Shown here: piece after piece, positions 39,139-48,385 of the stretch
Position numbering within the stretch: the stretch's first letter is position 1
Layout of the letters: each line of letters opens with the position of its first letter
Source: an uncultured Gammaproteobacteria bacterium
GTDB taxonomy: Bacteria > Pseudomonadota > Gammaproteobacteria > JBGSLN01
Direction: 5' to 3'
Assembly (NCBI GenBank): GCA_963748135.1
Contig: CAVVHY010000012.1
Location: 24,390 to 88,389, forward strand
Length of the DNA stretch: 64,000 bases
Position numbers and translations under genes: made by a program
Notes under the pieces: generated by a model
Told to the model about the DNA's origin: nothing
What the model saw: the letters and a program-made list of their open reading frames with translations, nothing else
The model's database searches: none

Positions 39139-40392
39139 ATGAACATCCTAAAAACTCTCTTAGAAGAATTTTTCGAAATACTACCACCATTTGAATCGAT
39201 CACACCAAGAAATATCATAATCCCAGATTTAAAAAAGATTAAAGCAATCATTGGTATGAGACGAACGGGTAAAACCTATTTTCTTTATCAACAAATTCAT
39301 GAGTTATTACAAAGTGGGATAAGCCAAGAGCAAATACTTTATCTTAATTTTGAAGACGATCGCTTGACACCTATGGATAAATATCAGTTCTCAACATTAC
39401 TTGATAATTTTTATAGTTTATACCCAGAGAACCATAATCGTATATGTTATTTCTTCCTTGATGAGATACAAAATGTTGAAGATTGGGCACAGGTCGTTAG
39501 GCGATTTTATGATACTAAAAAAACTGAGATTATGATCAGTGGCTCATCTGCAAAATTACTTAGTAAAGAAATTGCCACTTCATTGCGTGGCCGTTGTTAT
39601 GCAATTGAAGTATGGCCCTATAGTTTTAGTGATTATTTATTAAAAAAGAACCAACTCGTCACAAGCAAAATAATCAGTCGTATTACCTTGGATCGTATGC
39701 GAGTAGCGATGATTAATTACTTTAACGAAGGGGGCATGCCCGAATTATATGGAGCAACACCAGAAGAAAGATTTCGAACATTACAGGATTATGTTGAAGT
39801 AGTCACTTATAGAGATATTGTCGAAAGACATCATATTACAAATATTAGTTTACTTAAATACCTTATAAAATATTGTATTAAGAACACGGCAACTAACTTT
39901 TCGGTCAACAAATGCTATAACGATTTAAAAAGCCAAGGCTATAAAATAGGTCGTGCAACACTTTATGACTATCTCGATCACATCGAAGATGCATATTTAT
40001 GTTTTTTAGTTCCGTTATATGATGAGTCGGCTAGAAAGGTACAAGTCAATCCTAAAAAACTTTATACAATCGATCCCGCGATATGCAAAACCTATGTATT
40101 CAGTGGCCAAGAAGACTTAGGTAAACTTTTTGAAACGGTAGTTTTCCTAGAGCTTAAACGTCGAGGCTATCATATTTATTATTATCTAACAGCCAACAGA
40201 TATGAGATTGATTTTTTGATTAATACCCCACAGCAAACACTTATGCTATACCAAGTCGCATGGGATATAACAGACACAAAAACGCTTGAGCGTGAAAAAA
40301 GAGCATTACAAGAGGCTGAAAATGAGTTAGGTATTAAAGGTAAACTTATAACTTTGGAGACATTTTTATCAGAGTTTGTAGTCAAAAACTAG
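39139..40392 (+). CDS. AAA_14 ATPase - DUF4143 protein
   Basis: GMRRTGKT, LNFEDDRL, FLDEIQ, ISGSSA, GGMPE, PKKLYTID, EIDF. Confidence 0.92.
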   Translation: MNILKTLLEEFFEILPPFESITPRNIIIPDLKKIKAIIGMRRTGKTYFLYQQIHELLQSGISQEQILYLNFEDDRLTPMDKYQFSTLLDNFYSLYPENHNRICYFFLDEIQNVEDWAQVVRRFYDTKKTEIMISGSSAKLLSKEIATSLRGRCYAIEVWPYSFSDYLLKKNQLVTSKIISRITLDRMRVAMINYFNEGGMPELYGATPEERFRTLQDYVEVVTYRDIVERHHITNISLLKYLIKYCIKNTATNFSVNKCYNDLKSQGYKIGRATLYDYLDHIEDAYLCFLVPLYDESARKVQVNPKKLYTIDPAICKTYVFSGQEDLGKLFETVVFLELKRRGYHIYYYLTANRYEIDFLINTPQQTLMLYQVAWDITDTKTLEREKRALQEAENELGIKGKLITLETFLSEFVVKN

Positions 40393-40480
40393 CATAAAAT
40401 ACAGCGGGATCGGAGCTTGAATTGTCACATTTCGCGAAGAATATACCCAAGATAAATGAATTACACTTTTGCATTTTAGA

Positions 40481-40551
40481 TACGGGGTCAAGTCTTGACA
40501 TAACACATTATCACAAATTATAAATGTGTTATGTCAAAACTTGACCCCGTA
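40481..40551. repeat. REP-like ~70-bp palindrome
   Basis: TACGGGGTCAAGTCTTGACATAACACATT-loop-AATGTGTTATGTCAAAACTTGACCCCGTA. Confidence 0.92.
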
Positions 40552-40834
40552 ACGTTGATATGCTTACCCCAAGCATGGTAACTGTTAACATTCTTTTTAC
40601 ACCATAGCGATCACCCAGTCGTCCTAGAACAAATCCGCCAAGTGGTTTGATAATGTTGCAAAGTGCAAAAACACCGAACATAAGAATGAGTGAATTAATA
40701 TAATTTTGAGCAGGGAAATAAAGCTTTGCAATGATGGTGCCGACTAAACCATATAGCGAATAGTCATACCATTCGAGAATATTGCCGCCAACGATGGCCA
40801 GTTGGCGTTTGATAACTCTGTATGATATAGGCAT
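40529..40834 (-). pseudogene. MFS transporter (ProP/metabolite:H+ symporter type) N-terminal fragment truncated at the REP-like palindrome
   Basis: GGNILEWYDYSLYG...FGVFALCNIIKPLGGFVLGRLGDRYG. The frame runs into the palindrome. Confidence 0.85.
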
Positions 40835-40964
40835 AAGCGTACATTCTTTAATACGTATTATGAATCAATCCATTAACAGGATTAAAATTATACATGAGAC
40901 ATATTTCTGGTCAAGATTTATTCTTGAAAGCCATGTTCACATGAGGAATATATGTGTAATATTT

Positions 40965-41252
40965 TTATGATATGGTGCGATTGTTATACCGATAGAAAAG
41001 AATAAGTACGCTCGTTATGGTGTTTGTCATAAATGATAATCCATAGCCAATAATCAAAACCGAATCCATCTTCGTGATGCCGTATATCAACGCTAATAGA
41101 TTAATCAGATTAAAACCCAGGAATGTTAATAGCGATATATCTTCTGAGTTCTTCTTTTGATAAAGGCGGATGATCTGTGGGATGAATAGACAGGCATTGA
41201 CAAACAATGCTGCGCCAAATAATACAGATATGATTTCATCAATTAAAATCAT
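40965..41252 (-). CDS. PQ-loop (SemiSWEET-like) small membrane protein, paralog 1
   Basis: CLFIPQIIRLYQKKNSEDISLLTF with 3 TM helices. Confidence 0.88.
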   Translation of the reverse strand: MILIDEIISVLFGAALFVNACLFIPQIIRLYQKKNSEDISLLTFLGFNLINLLALIYGITKMDSVLIIGYGLSFMTNTITSVLILFYRYNNRTIS

Positions 41253-41327
41253 GGTATACCCTTACTGAGATTTAAGAGTTGTCTATGGTGTTAGTCTGCT
41301 CCAGATTCCAGTATCCCACATAAAGCG

Positions 41328-41464
41328 AAGCATTCGCGAAACCAACACTCGTCTGATAGGTGGGTATCTTGTTAACACTTTAGGCTTCTGACTTTACCCC
41401 CTCAATGTCAGCCTGCTCACCATGTTAAATCCCGATTCCCTGATTCACATCATGTGGTTTCGTG
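41328..41464. ncRNA. Candidate structured non-coding element, copy 1 (right end clipped by a REP-like palindrome)
   Basis: 4 substitutions and 1 indel versus 59520-59655. Nested stems. Confidence 0.5.
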
Positions 41465-41538
41465 TTACGGGGTCAAGTCTTGACTTAACACATTTATAAT
41501 ATGCGATAATGTGTTATGTCAAGACTTGACCCCGTAAC
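41464..41538. repeat. REP-like ~75-bp palindrome
   Basis: GTTACGGGGTCAAGTCTTGAC...GTCAAGACTTGACCCCGTAAC. Confidence 0.92.
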
Positions 41539-41540
41539 CT

Positions 41541-41741
41541 GAAACACCGACCACCCATAGTGTTAAACCTGTTTCATTTTATAAGATGATAGCTGAATAC
41601 TTTCCTGGCCCTAGATTAGATGTTTTCGCCCGCCAAAAACGACAAGGCTTTGATGGATGGGGTGATCAATATGATTCATTATCAAATAATATCAAGCGAC
41701 CACGAACTAAAGAATCAAATCGTGATTTAACACATTCATAG
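41541..41741 (+). pseudogene. C-terminal fragment of an MT-A70-family N6-adenine methyltransferase
   Basis: HSVKPVSFYKMIAEYFPGPRLDVFARQKRQGFDGWGDQ matches the MT-A70 HSxKP...RLELFAR...WGN tail. The 5' part is lost at the REP. Confidence 0.75.
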
Positions 41742-41912
41742 TTAGCAGTAACGTGTTAAGCTAACAATTAATTCCATTATTACCCGGCTGTCATTTTTTC
41801 CTATTTTAACTTGCATATTGTCCGTAGATCACAAGGTAAATATTTCATTAATATGTAAACTAGCAAACTCTAGTAATAAATCATTTATACAGTTAAATAA
41901 GCGAGTAGATTA

Positions 41913-43391
41913 ATGCTTAATGCCGATTCCAAAATCAAGCCCGAAACTTGTCTCAAAAGACTCGAGAAATATTGTCAAAAATATCCAGAAATGCGTGTGG
42001 TTTTAACAAAGATAAAAGCTTGCGCTGATAATACGGCTATTTATGAGCTGGGACGCCAGTTTCGCGATGGAAAGGTCAAAGAATATAAGTACGAAAAAGG
42101 CAGTGAACAAGCGTACCGCGCCGCGCATGAATGTTTTCGGTATGTATTTTCACGAGGTTTTCAAGAGGCAAAAGTTTACCATAACCTAGGCATGATTTAT
42201 TATCATTGGCAAAGGTATGATATGGCGGAAAATGCCTTTACCATAGCCAGTCTAATGGGCCTTGAACCATCTACTCGTAATCTTAAACGAATGCAAGCAG
42301 AGAATGAAAGTAAAGAACGTGAAGCAAAAAAAGAAACCGACCCACTTCGCAAAGGCCTTTGTCATGCTCAGCAGCAACAACTCCAGCTGTTTGATCAAAT
42401 TACCTCAGAAGAAACAATTGCCTCTGTAGTTACTTCAGCTCTCCTTGAGACATTAAAGAAACATGGTAACAATTTAAATGCAAAGGATAAAAAAACTATG
42501 GAGCTAAATATAGAAAAGATTAATAAGCAGGTATATAATGATCCATCCTTGCAAGAGATGAAACGAAAAGCTAGAAACGACATTATTGGGGTGAATAAAA
42601 ATCTGCTTTCAAATAAGCCTCATAAAATTGAAGATAGTTACCGCACAATGAATAAATATCATATGTTCACACAAGTTGAAATATCCAACAACTTATTCAA
42701 CTCAGATCATTTACAAGAGCTTGCTCGAGTAGCACATTGTTTTGTTGAGAAAACTAAAGAGAATGATGTGTTGTTATTTTTGGGTCGTTCCCCACTGTGG
42801 ATTCATGAAATGTTTGTTGCACTCAAATTACCAAGACAAACGATATGCATTCCTTATTCAGGTGGCAAATCAATTAGTGGCGCTAATACATTAAAGGTCA
42901 GTGAAGAAACTTTTATAGCTTATAAAGCTTTTCTAAAATCAAAAGGATTATCAGGTGATTTTTTTAAATATGGCAAAAATAAGCGACTAGTTATCATTGA
43001 TCGAATTGAATCCGGTGCAAGTGTTATTTTCTTTCGAAATCTGTTAGGTGAAATTGATAAAAGATTTTTATCAAGCTCGATAGTAGGATTTGGTGATAAA
43101 CCCAAAATTTATTGTGATGGAAACGATATTACTTTTATTGCCATGGAACAAAACACCTTGCTAGAAACATGTAAAAAACATTTTGATAAACAAAAATTCA
43201 GCCTAGGTGTTGATTTCTATTCCGAAGAATGGATAGATTGGAAAAAGAAAGACTTTAATGCAAAACCCACACCTATTGTTAAAGCTCGACAAGATCAAAT
43301 ACAAGAATGGGTAAAAACCCAATTAATTAAAACTGATGATAAAAATAAAATACCTGCACCTCAACTATTTAAGAACAGACCCGGGTCTTGA
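41913..43391 (+). CDS. Hypothetical protein with N-terminal Sel1/TPR-like repeats and a possible PRTase-like C-terminal domain
   Basis: AIYELGRQFRDG, KVYHNLGMIYY...AENAFTIA. C-terminal LLFLGRSP and LVIIDRIESGAS. Confidence 0.7.
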   Translation: MLNADSKIKPETCLKRLEKYCQKYPEMRVVLTKIKACADNTAIYELGRQFRDGKVKEYKYEKGSEQAYRAAHECFRYVFSRGFQEAKVYHNLGMIYYHWQRYDMAENAFTIASLMGLEPSTRNLKRMQAENESKEREAKKETDPLRKGLCHAQQQQLQLFDQITSEETIASVVTSALLETLKKHGNNLNAKDKKTMELNIEKINKQVYNDPSLQEMKRKARNDIIGVNKNLLSNKPHKIEDSYRTMNKYHMFTQVEISNNLFNSDHLQELARVAHCFVEKTKENDVLLFLGRSPLWIHEMFVALKLPRQTICIPYSGGKSISGANTLKVSEETFIAYKAFLKSKGLSGDFFKYGKNKRLVIIDRIESGASVIFFRNLLGEIDKRFLSSSIVGFGDKPKIYCDGNDITFIAMEQNTLLETCKKHFDKQKFSLGVDFYSEEWIDWKKKDFNAKPTPIVKARQDQIQEWVKTQLIKTDDKNKIPAPQLFKNRPGS

Positions 43392-43447
43392 ATTATTATA
43401 TCGTTTTCATAACCTAAGTTGAATGTGTTCCACAATAAGGAGATCCA

Positions 43448-43515
43448 AGGGCTCAAAGCTTGATTTAACACATTTATAATTAGCGGTAATGTATTAAGTT
43501 AAGATCTGAACCTGT
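43448..43515. repeat. Degenerate REP-like palindrome
   Basis: GGGCTCAAAGCTTGATTTAACACATTTATAAT...AATGTATTAAGTTAAGATCTGAACCTGT. Confidence 0.7.
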
Positions 43516-44052
43516 TGTTTTGTTATCTAATGTCGCTATTAACAAGTTGTTGGATCTGAAGAAAGAGAAATTACTGCCGAACTGCCCTATAACAGCTTAA
43601 ATTCATAAGTAGGATCATAACCCAGCGTATTATATGTTTTGCACCCACCAGTACTCTTATTGAGATCAAACCTTAAATTTTATTGCCCTATAAAGATTTG
43701 TACACCACTAAAATCTTCTTTGCAATCAACGGTAAAAATATAGGTACTGTGAGATGTCAATACTGAGATTTTATTCGAAATTGCTCCACCATCTTCACTA
43801 ACGTTTATTGGTATTGATTGTCCCGTGCAGTTTTTTATTGAAAAAATTCAAAAGCACACGCATTTGTTGCGTAAGTACTAATACTTATAAATAATAAGGC
43901 CGTTATGATTTTCATGATAGACCTCCATATTTCAAGCTTTTGTATAATTATAGGGCAAAAAGGGAATGGCGCGATAAGATCAATGTGACCCCGTTGTTGC
44001 TGTTCCAAGCACTGTTAATCATGTTACGATTGCACTAATCAATATTATTGAG

Positions 44053-44565
44053 TTGCTACAATTTATGGATCAGATAAAGCTAAAAAGTTTAGAGCCAAGT
44101 ATTATAACTCTTTCAGAAACAAAGCTTGTTGTAAAAGGAGTCTCAATGTCATTTTCTCAGGATAAAACTCATGAGCTCTGGCAGAGCTTTAGGCCAATGA
44201 TTAAAGGTATTCCTAACAAAATGGATAATGATAAATACTCAGTCCAGATATATCCTGATGCGAATTTTTTCAAAGATTTTGACCCAACAAGGGTGTTTAG
44301 GAAATACGCCGCAGTGAAGGTAAGTGATTATGGAGATTTATCAGAAGGTTTGGAACAATTAATTATCCCAGAAAGTCAATATGCTTTATTTGACTATATG
44401 GGTAAGCCTAGTGAAGCATCTGAGACTTTTCGATATATTCTGTGTCAGTGGATACCTAATTCTAAATATTCACTAGAAGATAGACCTCATATCGCAAAAA
44501 TGGGTGTGAAGTATAAAGGCGAACGACCTGATTCTGAGGAAGAATTATTGATTCCAATCATCTAA
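44053..44565 (+). CDS. Stand-alone GyrI-like small-molecule-binding protein (start possibly ATG 44065)
   Basis: KYAAVKVSD...LIIPESQYALFDYMG...YILCQWIPNSKY..EDRPH...EEELLIPI. Confidence 0.85.
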   Translation: MLQFMDQIKLKSLEPSIITLSETKLVVKGVSMSFSQDKTHELWQSFRPMIKGIPNKMDNDKYSVQIYPDANFFKDFDPTRVFRKYAAVKVSDYGDLSEGLEQLIIPESQYALFDYMGKPSEASETFRYILCQWIPNSKYSLEDRPHIAKMGVKYKGERPDSEEELLIPII

Positions 44566-44626
44566 CCACTCTTCAAAATGCGCCTAGCAAATCGGTTAAA
44601 GGTTATTATAGGAAAAATAGGGTGGA

Positions 44627-44848
44627 AACAGCGGGGCCGGATTCTTGAATTGCCACATTTGTAAAAATGTGGGACATACGCTTGTCATTTCAAAGACTAA
44701 CCTTGAAATCCCTAATACTAATGAACAGGGGTTAGTTATTTTTTATTGGCACCTTAGGTGATTATTCTTAATCAGTAGCCATAAATTAATATTTGCTCTG
44801 GCACCAATGATTTGCAAAACGCCTCAATACAAGATACGACCCGTTGTT
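44627..44848. mobile_element. ~225-bp MITE-like element, full-length copy
   Basis: AACAGCGGGGCCGGATTCTTGAATTG...CAAGATACGACCCGTTGTT, colinear with 7646-7871. Confidence 0.65.
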
Positions 44849-44896
44849 TCCGAACATCCCGCTGTTTCAAAATCTAGACTAGCTTTTTAATCTTTT

Positions 44897-45655
44897 TTAT
44901 GCCGCAGATAACTCTTGTTTCATCGATAATATATTAGAGATCAATTGATACTTGGTTTTATAACCAAGCTTCTTTTTTATATCATCAGTATATTGTTCAA
45001 CAGTTCTATGTGAAATTTCCATATCACGAGCAATCGCTTTAGCAGACTTTCCATCTAGCATTAGCTCTAGACATTTCTTTTCACGTTTAGTTAGATTTTT
45101 AAAAATAGCCGTGCGCTTTGCTGGCATTGCAAATTTAGGTGCATATGACAATAAGCCCATATTATGGAGTTGAGCCAAGACTCCTGAGACAGAATGTTTA
45201 TCAAGCAGTATTGAGCATCCAAATAAGCCAATTAATTCATTATCCTTATGATACCAGGGCATTCGTACTGAGAGAGTTCGTATCATGGTACCATCATTTC
45301 TTACTGCAGCTTCTTCAAGAAACATTAAAGTTTCCTGTTGTATGACCGATTTATCATTCTGCAAAGAATTTCTTATACTCTTTCCTTCAAATGGTAGATA
45401 CCAGGGTACACCGATACAATCATTTAATGAATTAAAACCACATTCTTCAGCAGTAATCTCATTACATATTATTGTTTGATGATTGCAGTCTTCAAAATAA
45501 ATAGCTGAAGGTATGTCTAGCAGTGTTGCAAGAGACATCTTGGAGAAAGATAACTCGTCTAGCTTATCACCTGGGCGGGATAACTTAACTCCATTACCAC
45601 ATCGTCCTAGGATGTATTCGAAATTTGAATCTAGATAAGTGTTATAACTAGTCAT
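44897..45655 (-). CDS. PAS + LuxR-HTH transcriptional regulator
   Basis: PAS-like IPSAIYFED...CNEITAEECGF...RMPWYH. HTH LTKREKKCLELMLDGKSAKAIARDMEISHRTVE. Confidence 0.9.
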   Translation of the reverse strand: MTSYNTYLDSNFEYILGRCGNGVKLSRPGDKLDELSFSKMSLATLLDIPSAIYFEDCNHQTIICNEITAEECGFNSLNDCIGVPWYLPFEGKSIRNSLQNDKSVIQQETLMFLEEAAVRNDGTMIRTLSVRMPWYHKDNELIGLFGCSILLDKHSVSGVLAQLHNMGLLSYAPKFAMPAKRTAIFKNLTKREKKCLELMLDGKSAKAIARDMEISHRTVEQYTDDIKKKLGYKTKYQLISNILSMKQELSAA

Positions 45656-45865
45656 TGAATGTATCCAATTCTTTTGTTAATGGCATCGTATGGTACGCAT
45701 ATTATACCATGGTTTTATGATAAAACTGTTGGTAACATGCTACTTGTTTGGTCTAGACAACATCCCAGTTATCCGGTTTAGTAGCTTAACATCACAGAAC
45801 AGCAGGGATCAGATCTTTCATGAATAGCGGGGTCTTTCAGCAAGACTATAGCCATTAAAGCACAC

Positions 45866-45947
45866 GTTACGGGGTCACGTTACGGGTCAAGTCTTGACAT
45901 AACACATTTATAATATGCGATAATGTGTTATGTCAAGACTTGACCCG
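45866..45947. repeat. REP-like palindrome preceded by a duplicated left end
   Basis: GTTACGGGGTCAC-GTTACGGGTCAAGTCTTGACATAACACATT...GTCAAGACTTGACCCG. Confidence 0.9.
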
Positions 45948-45997
45948 CTATTTTAACAAGCCCATAAACATCTATATCTCATAATCTATTCCTGACC

Positions 45998-46063
45998 ATT
46001 TTAACGTCTACCTGCAAAATAGTCAGAATTTATTTTGACTATTTTGCAGGTAGACGTTAAAAT
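45998..46063. promoter_or_regulatory. Perfect 28-bp inverted repeat immediately upstream of the AAA gene
   Basis: ATTTTAACGTCTACCTGCAAAATAGTCA-N10-TGACTATTTTGCAGGTAGACGTTAAAAT. Confidence 0.65.
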
Positions 46064-46070
46064 AGTCAAC

Positions 46071-47300
46071 ATGAGAAATATAAGATATTTACAACAAGAC
46101 ATCCAAGAATTATGCTTCGATAGCAACAAAATGGCTTTCATTTCTGGCCCAAGGCAAGCAGGAAAAACGACTATGGCCAAAAACATGCTGCAGGTGAGGG
46201 GCGAAGAAAATTACTATAATTGGGACGAAATAAAATTTCGTCGACTATGGACGAAAGATCCTTCATTAATTATTCCAGCTACTGTAACGAAAAAGAAGCC
46301 ACTTGTCGTTCTCGATGAGATACATAAAGCAAAGCTATGGAAACGCAATCTCAAAGGCGTATATGACACAATGGCCACAGATTGTGACATTTTGGTTACC
46401 GGCAGTGCGAAGCTAAATGTATATCGTAAAGGTAGTGATAGTCTATTAGGTCGATATCATCATTTCCGCTTACACCCATTCTCTTTATCTGAGCTACTGC
46501 ACAATAAGTATTTCCAAGAACCGGATAATTTAATTACCGCCCTATTTCAAAATCTTTGCCCGGATACAAAACGTAAAAATGAATACATTGCAGCTCTCAT
46601 GAAGTTTGGCGGTTTCCCAGAACCTCTGTTTTCTCAGTCATCTCGCAAGCTTAATCTTTGGCAACGAAATCGATTAGAGCGTCTAGTCAGGGAAGACTTA
46701 CGTGATTTAAGTCGTATACCTGAATTAAGTCAGGTTGAGATGTTAACTAGCTTAATGCCAGAACGTGCATCTAACCCATTGAGTATTCAGTCATTAAGTG
46801 AAGATATTGAAGTCAGTTATAACACTGTTAAGAACTGGTTAAGACATCTAGCAGAGTTATATTACCACTTTGAGATAAAACCCTATAGTAAATCCCTGCC
46901 CAGATCCATTAAAAAGGAAGGTAAATTATATCTATGGGATTGGAGTGAAATTCAGGATCAAGGCGCAAGGTTTGAAAATTTAATCGCTTCACATCTATTA
47001 AAGTATTGCCACTATCTTACCGATACTGGTTATGGCAAATTTGAATTACGTTATCTCCGAACTAAAGAAAAAAAGGAAATAGACTTTCTATTGTTAAAGG
47101 ATAATCATCCTTGGCTACCTTTAGAAATTAAATTAAATAACCATACCCCATCGCAAAACTGGGATGCGTTCATGAATTATTTGCCTTGTGATAAAGCAAT
47201 TCAAATCGTTGAAAAGTCAAATGTCTTTCATATCGCTAAGCAAGGAGCATATGAGATACTTATTATCAGCGCCAGCAACTTCTTATCTTATTTAATATAA
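46071..47300 (+). CDS. AAA_14 ATPase - DUF4143 (PD-(D/E)xK-like) protein
   Basis: SGPRQAGKTT, LDEIHK, VTGSA, GGFPEP, KLYLWD, KEIDF...LEIK. ATG 46071 preferred over TTG 46035. Confidence 0.92.
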   Translation: MRNIRYLQQDIQELCFDSNKMAFISGPRQAGKTTMAKNMLQVRGEENYYNWDEIKFRRLWTKDPSLIIPATVTKKKPLVVLDEIHKAKLWKRNLKGVYDTMATDCDILVTGSAKLNVYRKGSDSLLGRYHHFRLHPFSLSELLHNKYFQEPDNLITALFQNLCPDTKRKNEYIAALMKFGGFPEPLFSQSSRKLNLWQRNRLERLVREDLRDLSRIPELSQVEMLTSLMPERASNPLSIQSLSEDIEVSYNTVKNWLRHLAELYYHFEIKPYSKSLPRSIKKEGKLYLWDWSEIQDQGARFENLIASHLLKYCHYLTDTGYGKFELRYLRTKEKKEIDFLLLKDNHPWLPLEIKLNNHTPSQNWDAFMNYLPCDKAIQIVEKSNVFHIAKQGAYEILIISASNFLSYLI

Positions 47301-47326
47301 ACAAGGTCATGATATTGTCTGGAGTT

Positions 47327-47395
47327 ACGGGGTCAAGTCTTGACTTAACACATTTATAATTTTTGATAATGTGTTAAGTCAAGACTTGACCCCGT
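47327..47395. repeat. REP-like ~69-bp palindrome
   Basis: ACGGGGTCAAGTCTTGACTTAACACATT...AATGTGTTAAGTCAAGACTTGACCCCGT. Confidence 0.92.
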
Positions 47396-47437
47396 TTTTC
47401 TAAGTCAAAACTATTTAATCTGAATAGATTTAATTTT

Positions 47438-48220
47438 TTACGAAACTATGCACCTTCTTTTATTTATTGTTCGACCTTCATTATTTTGATCTTCTTGTAA
47501 TGACTCATAAATTTGTTTTAAACACAATTTCATCGACTCGCATTCAATATTAGAAATCAACCAGTCAACGAGATTTTTCATATCTATTTTGGGGTCATAT
47601 ACTTCACCTTCTATCAATCGATACAAGTTTGATTTTTTTTCTATCATCAGACTACGATAATAATTTTCATCTTTATTCACTACCGCGTTATGTTTAGCTA
47701 ATTCATCTTCTTCTAAGAAAGTTATTTCTAACCCTGGATTCGGATCCTCTTTAGACAGTTGTAGATGCACAAGATAGTAATTATTATCTATTCCGTACTC
47801 TACATAAACGGAGTGTGTTTCTTTATTTTTTTTATTTATAGCTAACGTGACAATTATACTATATTTATTTGATACTTTCCCAAAACAAAATCCGACGTGT
47901 TTATCAAGAAACATTGAATAGGGCATCGACGCACTATCTTCAAACTTTTTATATGGTTTGGAGTTAAGCGGTTTGATTCCAGATGCAATTAAGTTCTTAT
48001 AATTTATATTATTATCCACTATAACTTTTTCACGTTTTGATTCAGAATAGAAAAGCTTACACCATAAATTATTTGTTTCTGATATCCTTTTCATATTGCG
48101 TGATACAAAGGCCATGGTCGATAATTCTTTAATATTCAAAAAGCTAAATATATAAACTATTACTTCTTCAGGAATAGTTTCTAAATACTTTATCTCTTTT
48201 GACGTATCTGATTTAAGCAT
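47438..48220 (-). CDS. F-box protein (eukaryote-like effector candidate)
   Basis: LETIPEEVIVYIFSFLNIKELSTMAFVSRNMKRISETNNLWCKLF, a textbook F-box. The C-terminal domain is unrecognised. Confidence 0.88.
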   Translation of the reverse strand: MLKSDTSKEIKYLETIPEEVIVYIFSFLNIKELSTMAFVSRNMKRISETNNLWCKLFYSESKREKVIVDNNINYKNLIASGIKPLNSKPYKKFEDSASMPYSMFLDKHVGFCFGKVSNKYSIIVTLAINKKNKETHSVYVEYGIDNNYYLVHLQLSKEDPNPGLEITFLEEDELAKHNAVVNKDENYYRSLMIEKKSNLYRLIEGEVYDPKIDMKNLVDWLISNIECESMKLCLKQIYESLQEDQNNEGRTINKRRCIVS

Positions 48221-48369
48221 GATTATAATCCTTCATAATGTATTACTTTGTCAATTTTTACCTCAGCGATGAACTCGTTCATTGATTGAAACTAGATAGA
48301 TACCAATCCTCGGCCTATCCATTTCAAGAAAACTCATCGGAGTATGTTTAAAATGTTAGCATGCCAATC

Positions 48370-48385
48370 TTAAACCAACATTAAG
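48370..48385 (-). promoter_or_regulatory. Candidate PmrA-type box upstream of the F-box gene
   Basis: CTTAATGTTGGTTTAA fits cTTAA-N2-TT-N2-cTTAA with one mismatch. The AT-rich background makes a chance match possible. Confidence 0.35.

Noticed and set aside
43560-43915. Small secreted protein gene (MKIITALLFISISTYATNACA...)
   Set aside because: Stops after 26 codons and fragments continue in shifting frames; too decayed to assign.
40481-47395. CRISPR array or integron attC interpretation of the 70-bp palindromes
   Set aside because: Spacing is 1-2.5 kb and irregular, with no cas genes. The ends read GTT...AAC, opposite to attC R''/R' geometry, and no integron integrase is present.
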